From a virus (lineage: Duplodnaviria > Caudoviricetes): a DNA stretch of 64,000 nt. Made by a program: the position numbers and the translations under genes. How positions within the stretch are numbered: position 1 is the stretch's first letter; each line of letters opens with the position of its first letter. Positions 11,501 through 20,500 of this stretch are shown here, in pieces. The notes under the pieces are model-generated. The model was not told where the DNA came from, ran no database searches, and saw only the letters and a program-made list of their open reading frames with translations. Location of the stretch: positions 1 through 64,000 of the IMG/VR virus record IMGVR_UViG_3300028591_000004; one strand, 5' to 3'.

Positions 11501-14500
11501 TCAAACGCTTTATCTGTATCAAGCTGATCTAACGCTGTTTGTCCTCTGGCAAGCTTTTGTTGATTAGCTGTTTGCGTTTGAAGCGCTGCTATTCTATCGG
11601 TTTGGATCTCGCTGGACATGCTCTCATACAAAGCTTGTCCTGCATCATTTTGCGCAGTGTCCCTTGTTTGAGTACCAGTGTATTCATAATGTCCGTTTCT
11701 GATAGCATTTTGCCTGCGTAGAGTTTCATTTGCATCAGTTTTACCATTACGTTTGACGAAACCTCTACTATCGACAGTGTAACCTTCGGGTGGAGTATAT
11801 TCACCTTCAACCCATTCATAACCAGCAAGAGCAGCTGTATGTGCGTCAAAGTTGCTTCTCTCGGACTCGCTTAATTCATTTCGTTCAGTCTTAAGAGATT
11901 CTGCCGATATAGATCTTCTCTCAGTCCGAATACGTTCAGCCTCGGCTGTCCAGAATTCTGGCCTTGCATAATATTCGTCCTGAGAAGCGCCTGTAATCTG
12001 CATAACAGCTTCACGCTTTTCGGCTGCTGTGCCTGAAGCAAGCTTTGCGTCCAGCTGGCCTTCTTTGTTCATTTCAGTTCGAATATTAACAACGGCTTCG
12101 ATTGCAAACCGTCCACCCTTTTTAAGCTGTTCGACATAGTTTGCTGTTCCAGCTAAAAGATCTCCAGCCTCTTCAAGTTCTTTTAATCCTTCAATCTTTA
12201 CTTGGAATTCCAGTTTGTTCTCATAATTATCCAGTGAAGTTTCAAGTTCTTCTAATCGCTTGTCTCCTCCAAGTTTTTCATACAGAGCTTTATCTTTATC
12301 TTTAGCCTGAAGCAAGCCGAGATATTCATTTGCTCCGCCCCAACCGTTTAAATACTGAGAAGCAATATTAGCTCTATACTCGCCTTCTTGGTCTCCTATT
12401 TTAACTCCTTGCCCAATCTGATCTCTGAAACTAGAAAGTCCTTGAAGTTGCTGTCTAGAAGTAAGAGAAGTTAAGCCGACAGCCCGATTAGCAATAGTAG
12501 TGTTTATAAAAGCAGACTCTTCTTTTGAAGCTTGACCTGTTATTGCTTTGTTGTACAGATCCTCACCAAGAACAGTTTTTAACGCGTTCTGTTGTTCAGG
12601 TGATAGATACTTAATATTATTCTTAGCAATGTAAGAATCAATATTCTTTAATTCACCTAAACCTGAATTGTATTTCGACTGATATCCATATTTATAGCTT
12701 TCATAAGCAGACCGAATGTTATTGTTATTCTGCCAATTTGTTTCTGGCCTATTTAATCCGCTTTTTGCGACCCAATCTTCATAGCTTAATAAAGCTCCGT
12801 TTTCTTGTGTAAACTCATCGTTATATTTGTTTAACGCACTTCGATAATCTGCGTCGACTAAACTATAAGACGCTCTTCCACCATTCTGAAGAACGTTTAA
12901 TGCATCAGAAGACAGTTCAGCTAATTCAGAATTCGTATAAGTTCTATTTGCTGTATTTGATGATTTGCTGTACAGATAGGTAAGAATAGTATCAAGAATA
13001 TGTTCTGGCGCAGAAATAACATTGCCTTCTGTGTCAACATTTACACCTTGCATAATTGCCGCAAAATCTTCTTGACGATTTAAAACATCCCAGGCTTCGA
13101 TATTGTTTTCATTGACATAGTCGGCTAGATCCTGAATATCTTTAAATTGATTATTCAGCATCATATCAAGAATAGAATCAGCCGCTAAAACAGAACCATT
13201 TTTCGATTCCCATGCTTGTTTCGACGTTTCCAGACCATTACCAAAGTGATTCTGAACAGCTACAAGATTGGAAAACTGATTTTCCAAGTTTGATCTAACT
13301 TGAGAAACAACTTCTGCGCTTACTTCTGCGCCATTGGCAGCAGCGTCAACAGCGGCTTTCATTTCATCCGAAAGAAGATCATATGCTTCAACAATTTTAT
13401 AATCTTCGATATCTTCTAGTTTTGGTATTACTTTACGAACGCCGGTTAAAATTTTTTCGAGATCGACAACACGTCCCGCGTGAATATCAAATTCGTTTCC
13501 GGACTCAACCCCATCGAAAGAAGTAGCGTCTTCGTATTCGGAAGCTCCTCGATACACCAGCCCGGTTTCACGACTCGTATACCAGGAAGCAGCTCTTGCT
13601 TTAGCTGTTGCTGCTTCTTTATCATCAAGAGAATCTAAAAACTTTCCTTCCGGGTCATATACACGATAGCGCCCATATTGTTTTTCTTCGTTGGCTACTT
13701 CAACAATATCTCTGTATTCTGCGTTTGCATCGTTTTCAGCGTTTTGTCCTTCAAACGAAATAACAGAGCCATCTATATCAGTAACTTCATATGAAGTATT
13801 TTCTTGTTGTTCTCTTTTTGCTCGGGCTAATTGAGCCTGATATTGACGTTCATTTGTTATTGTTTGGGCTCTGGCTTCAGCTTGAGCTGTGTCTACAGCT
13901 TCTAATTGCGAGGCTAATCTTTCAGCTTCTTCAACGGTGTATTTTCTGTCTGGATTGTTTTTATCAATATAATAATCCCCAGTCTCTAACTTATATGCGC
14001 CGTTCTCTGGTTTGATAACGGAAGTATAACCTTCAAGAGAATTAGATATAGTAGCGACAACATTTTCAGCTGTTATAGCACTTGAACTTTCAATATTATT
14101 AAAGCCTAAAACATTTCTTATTGTATTTGCAATTGCTTGCGTTGAAATGTCAATAAGACCGCCATTTGTTGAAGGTAAAGAATTATATATATGTCGCGCT
14201 AACGGTTCGATATATTCTTCTGGAATAAAACTGTAATCTTCACTTGAAAGAAATTTTGATATCTCGGGAATTACTTGATCTTCTAAATTTTTGTTTCGTC
14301 CTTTTGTCCTTGTTGGATCATTCCAATATCCAGCAACAGCATTAAAAACTTCGTCTGGTAAATCTTTGGCGTTTCCAGAAATGCCTGCACGCAAATAATT
14401 TTTCCAAAAGTTTTCATTTTGTCCGATATATTCTGTTGGAATATCATAAACCGATAAATCAGGTGCCATTAAGGCTTCGCTCATTACTCTTGCAAAAGCA

Positions 14501-17500
14501 TTATAATTTTCAACATTCTTATGAGGTAAGCTAAATGGGTTTTTATCGCTTCCTGAAATATGTGTTTTAGTTTTATCGGTTATAGTTACTTCACCAGTTT
14601 CCTGATTAACAGCAAATCCTGCCATTGACAAAAGACCGGAACTGTCTTTAAACCATGCATTATCTGCCTCTTTGGCTGTTGTTGCAATTTGAGCAGAAAT
14701 ATCAGAAACATTTCCATATAAATTTCGAGCTTTTATATTTTCAGCTTCTTCTTTGGATTCATTTAAAATATGATCAGCATACTCTTCAACAGAAGGTTTC
14801 GCATTTTTGGCTGCATCTCCAAGAGCAGAGGTGCTTTTAGCAAGATTATCAAGATTTTCCGAAGCATTGTTTGCTGTTTCTCTTATATCATCAAATGGTA
14901 GTTTAATGTTAAATTTCTCGGAAAGGCTAGTAAGTATTTTTTTGTATTCTTCGGTCTCTTCGTCTGTTCTATTTGCCCCAAGATTTTTTAATTCCGTCGC
15001 TCGATTAATCTGATTTGCAATATTATCATTTGTTGATTTTTGCGCAGTTGTAATGCGATCGTAGCGTTCTTCTGCAGTTTCAGTCCTATTGGTTGCAACA
15101 ATATTTAAACCAAGAGCCGATATTCCTGCGACTGCAGTTCCAATTGCAAGACCGGCAAGAGAACCACTTTTTAACCCAACCATTAAGGATACAATGGGAA
15201 TTAAACCCGCAAGAACACCAGGAAGTTTCGCACCAGAAGCAATAAGATTGTCAACGCCCTGTATTGCATTCGACAAGAATCCTAAAACGTCACCTGCAAT
15301 ATTACTGGTCACTAAATCATTAACCAGTTCATCGTAAATATTTTTGAGATCAGTCATAGACGCAGCAAGACTCTTAGTGTAAATCTCATATTTCTTGTCT
15401 GTAATACCAGAAGACTCTCCGATTAAATCCATATATTTATCGATGTCGCCTTCGGACATGCCTTGCATGATTGCAGAGAAGTTAGAATACATCCGCGTTC
15501 CGGCAATAGCATTGGCTAATTGCTGTTGTTCCGCGTCAGAAATATTATCCCATCTCTGAGACAAATCATATAAGACATCAAAAGAACTTCTCTTATTTCC
15601 ATTTTCATCATATTGCCGAACACCCTGAGCCTCTAAAAGTTTGGCAACAGCAGATCCAGAAACAGCATTACCGTTTTCATCATAGATAAGTTCATTCGTT
15701 CCGACTTTGTTCATCCGTCCGAAAATGGAGTTTAATGTACGGCCTGCGACATTGCCGCCAATCTGAGTAGTTGAAGTAATGGCTGTAAGCATTGCGGCAA
15801 GCTGTCCAAAGGTAGTTCCATCAGCTGCAGCTGCTGCGCCAGCTTTTTCAATACCCTTTTCAATCTGAGCAGCGTTTGTAGCCGCATTGTCACCGAGAGC
15901 AGTGACGATGTCAGAAGCTTCAGAGGCATTATTTACTAATCCTGTATTCATTGCCACTGTAATTAACTTAGTGGCATCATCAACTTTTGTTCCAGAAACT
16001 TTAGAAAACTTCGAAATAACATCTAATCTTTCTTCAACTTCTTCATCGGATAAACCTTGACGGTACAAGGTTGCCGCAGATTTAGAAATCTCAGAAACGG
16101 AGATTTTTAACTCCTTAGCTTTATCAATTAATCTATCTCCGAGGTTTGCAATTTGATTGTCTGTCTTCAGTGTGATCATTTGAATTTCAGTCATTGTAGC
16201 ATCAAATTCTTTAACGAATTTCTTTGCTTCCTGAATGGCTTTCATGAACATTTGACGACCAAAACGAGCAAGCATGTTGGTAACAGACTTACTAACAATG
16301 TTCATGCTTTGTTGCATAACAAGAGCCGATACACTTGTTTGTTTTTCAAGTTTATCTAGTTTTCCAAGATCGTCTTTAAAAGCTTGATCTGAGATTAATC
16401 CAGAATCATGCTTCTTAGTTAAATTATCACGTATATTGGAAATTTGTTCTCTGTATGCATTTGATTGTTGTTGTAGCCTGCCGCCTGGATGACGCTTATT
16501 TTCAAGACTTTCAATTTGTTTGTTGAAAGCTTTTTCATTTTGGTCTACAGTTGCAGCTTGAAGATGATCACGCGAACCTTGAATAACCTTTAAATCATTG
16601 CCAAGTTTATTAGCAGTGTCTTTAAATTGATTTCTTAAATCTTGAGAATATCTTGAATCCTTAGACATTGCCAGCAAACGTTCTTGATCTGCTATAACTT
16701 CTTTAATCTTTTGATCCCAAGCGTTAAGGGACTCTATCTGTGTGTCATACGTTCCCGATGCCTTAGCATCTGCCTCTGTAATACCTTCTAATACTTGAGA
16801 AGAAGTAAGACGAGACAGCTCGCTAAACTCCGTTCCGGCTCTTGCAAAAAGACCATATTCAGGAGAAATAGCCTTTTGAAGATTCGCTTGCTGATCTGAA
16901 GTGAGCATGGAATAAGATGGAGTTTGTATAAAGTCTTTTATATCTCTTTCATACTTTAAAGCAATTCCATTCAGCGTATCAGCTTTAACAATCGACTTAG
17001 GAATACCTTCCGTCTGACGTTGGTATTTCAGAGTTTCTCCGAAAAGATTTTTCGAAAACTCCTGCGCTTTGGTTATAATTTGCTCATAGTTACTTTGAGC
17101 CGCAACCATATCCCATGAATTCGGTCCAGAAGGAGGACCTCCTGGAGGAGTAAAAGGAGGAACAGGCGGATTGTTAGGAGGACCGCCAGGAGGTGGATTG
17201 TTTGGTGGCCCGCTAGGTGGCACCGGAGGATTATTTGGTGGAATAGGAGGATTATTTGGAGGTGTTGGTGGATTGGTGGGAGGGCTACCCGGAGGCGGAT
17301 TATTGGGCGGATTTGTCGGTGGAACTGGAGGATTCGTTGGAGAAGCAGGAAGTTGCTGATTATTTGATTGACTATTCGAAGATGCATTCTTTTTAGCTTC
17401 TTGCTGTTTATGAGCCTCTTCTAATTGTTTTTCTTCATATGCTTTTGCCCATGCATGAACATCATCAGCAGCGTTTGCCTCAGTTAAAATCGAATGAAAT

Positions 17501-20500
17501 TTGTTGTTTTTCCCCCGAATTTTATCCCAGTCATCTTGCAAACTTGAATCTAAAAGACGATTCTCGTTCAAAGCCATCTCCGCCATTATACCCGGAAGCG
17601 GATATGGCATATCTCCCCAATTCATCTGACTAAGACGAGAATATCTTGCTTGAATATCTTTTCCTGAAATTCCTGTTTTAGGTTTATTTGCCGTATTGTG
17701 ATTTGCTTCGTTCGGACAATGCCCTAAGGATGCAGGATATTCTGTACCACAAACCCCACAAATCATCGTTGCGTCTGTTTGTGTCTGTGGTTGAATTTCT
17801 TTTTCAATGTTAGGAACTGGGACAACCGCAAGAGGTGTAGCCATTTCTGCAGGCGAAGTTATCTTTACGCCAGAAGCTAATTGGCTCACCTGTAATGCAT
17901 TAACTGCTTGTTGGGCAGAAACTTTACCAATACCCGGCAAAGAGAGAAGTCCTTTTGCGTTATTCTCTGTAACAGCTTTTAAAAGAGCATCTCTGTTTTC
18001 ATCAGCCAATAAAGTATTGATTCTTGAATCTATAATCCCAGCGTTATGCAGAAGTTCTCTTGCTTCGTCTTCTGGTTTCTTTAATAAATCAGATGGAACT
18101 GTTCGATCAGGAATTGTTGTTTCTTCGGGTTTTTGTATTGCGAATCGTTCTTGAGCCTGAGGAGGAAGCTTTTCACTTGTTGTTACAATAGCCTTTGGTT
18201 CTTGACGAGGTGAAACAACTGGAGCAGATTCCTTTGGTTGCTCTTGCTTTGCAGGCTGTTGAGGCTCAGAAGGAACTGTGACAACTGGAGGAGTAGGTTT
18301 AACAAAGTCAGCAGATCCAATAATCTGATCAAAAGTTTTACCTTCTCTTTCTGCTACATCTTTGAAATGTGCGCTAACCCATGGAGCGTTATTCATAACT
18401 GCTTCGTTTGCGCCATACTTCTCAAAGTTTTCAAATGCCACGCCGCCAATATCCATTAACCTTTGTTTTTTTCTCTTGGCAGAATTTTCACTATGTGGAT
18501 CTATTTCATTTTCAATTTCTTTTTGTGCTTTTTCATACTGCTCTCTTAAGGCAGCAACAGTATCATTGCTTGCAACAAGATATTTGGATGTCAGGAAATC
18601 ACTTCTGACCCCACGCATCATCTGAACAAACTTTCCTTGCTCAGAATCAGCTGAAACACCCTTTGGTAATTTTAATCCATAATTTGGATCCTTGAGAATT
18701 TCTTCCCAATTATAAAGACCTTTATCTGGATCGATACCTTTTTGACGAGCTGTCCAACGTCCAGATAAAGCGCCCATTAATCCGCCTTGGAAAACAGAAG
18801 GCAGGCCAAGTGAATCTATCTTTTGCTGTTCAAGATACGCTTTCGATTTTCCTGTCCATTCTCTTGTTGAGTCATCGTTTGCACCAGTTGTTTCAATAGC
18901 TTCATTAGCATATTTAAAAATTCTGGAAAAAGACTTACCGAGATCTGCTGCAGCTGCTTGTTCATCTGTCTGCTGCCAGCTTTCGTCAGTCTTCATGTGT
19001 GTTGAAACTACATCATATTGAGATTCGTAGTCTCTAATAGCCTGAGCGAGAGAACCACGTAAATTCGGATCGTTGAGACCAGCATAATAAAGCGCAGCCA
19101 TATCTGCACTTCGTTCAGCTGATCCCATCATCCAGGTTTGCTGTTGACCATTTACAAGATATGTTGCAGCATCATAAGGATCTCTTGCGCTATAGCCGCC
19201 ATCCTTAGGCGTTGAACGTATTGTCCGACCTTCTTTTCTAGTGTTTTGATTTTCCCATGCTTTTTGAAATTCTGGGGTTCCGGGCTCTGCTCCGGAAAAA
19301 ACAGCTTTAACTTCTTGGTCTGATGCGTTTGCAATGATTCTCATAACCTCTGAGAATTCTTTTGCTTCTTCGGGTTTCTTATCAGACAATCCGAAATAGC
19401 CATTCAAATCTCCATCGAAATCTTCACCTTGAAGCAATTGAAGAATAGGGGAGTTCGGAGCGAAATAAAGACCCTTTGTGTCAACGATACCAGAAGATCT
19501 GGCAAGTCTGTTTATTTTTTCTGCAGAAACAGCACCTTCTGACATTAGCTGTTCAGCCGAAACATTATTAACAGTTACGTTACCGCTTTTTGTTGCGGGG
19601 AACCGAATAATTCCAAGCTGCCGATTCAGAGACTCCATAGAGATAACATCGTTGTCTTTTAGCTGAAGAGCCTCCTGCTCTGGAGTCAATGCAATTTTAG
19701 CTTCTTTTAATCTATTGTTTATAACGTTTTGCGGATTGGGTGCAGCCATTGCATATTTAAAAACGCCAGTAGGCAAAAGTTTATCGCCTTCGTTGTAATG
19801 CGCCCACATTCCTGCTATATGATCATCAATTACTTTTTTTGATTCAGCCGTTGTTAAATCAACAGATTGATCGCCATTAAAAAGTGCGTCTCGTACATAT
19901 TGATCATTATCGAGTCGCGCTAATTCATCGAAAAAAGTTTTATCGAAAAACCGTTGTACTCGTGGATCTCTGAACCCAGCGTTCATAGAAGAATTAATTA
20001 CTTGTTTGGAAAGCCATCTGGAAGAAGTATTTGCATCATCATAAGTCGTTTTCGCAGATACACCAAAGTCACCGTATTCCTGAGATCTGATTGCATTCCA
20101 TTCTTCTTGCGTTCTTGGGCCAACATTTTTAGAATATTTTATATTATTTATATCCTCGATAACGTCAGTGTCTTTAGAAATCCGGAGATCTCCACCATTT
20201 ACACCGGCATTCGGGATAATTAAATCTCCTCCATATTGATTCATAATGGAGGCTTCTTTTGTCCTGTGTTGGGCATTAATCTTATCAAGTCGCTCTTTGC
20301 GCGAATCTTCAATCTCTTTAATCCGTGCTTCACGCTCTTCTTGATCTGTTTCGTATTTATTAACTCTTGCTAATTTTCTATCTGCTTTTTCATTGACCTT
20401 TGCAACGCGAGCTTCGGTTTCTTTATTTAATTCTGCAACTCTGGCTTCAGTCTCTTCATTACCTTCAATTTGCTTGTAGTTTTTAAAACGAAGATCTTCC

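Noticed and set aside
17110-17359. Gly-rich plus-strand ORF / DNA repeat
   Set aside because: Antisense of the PPNNPP linker within the TMP
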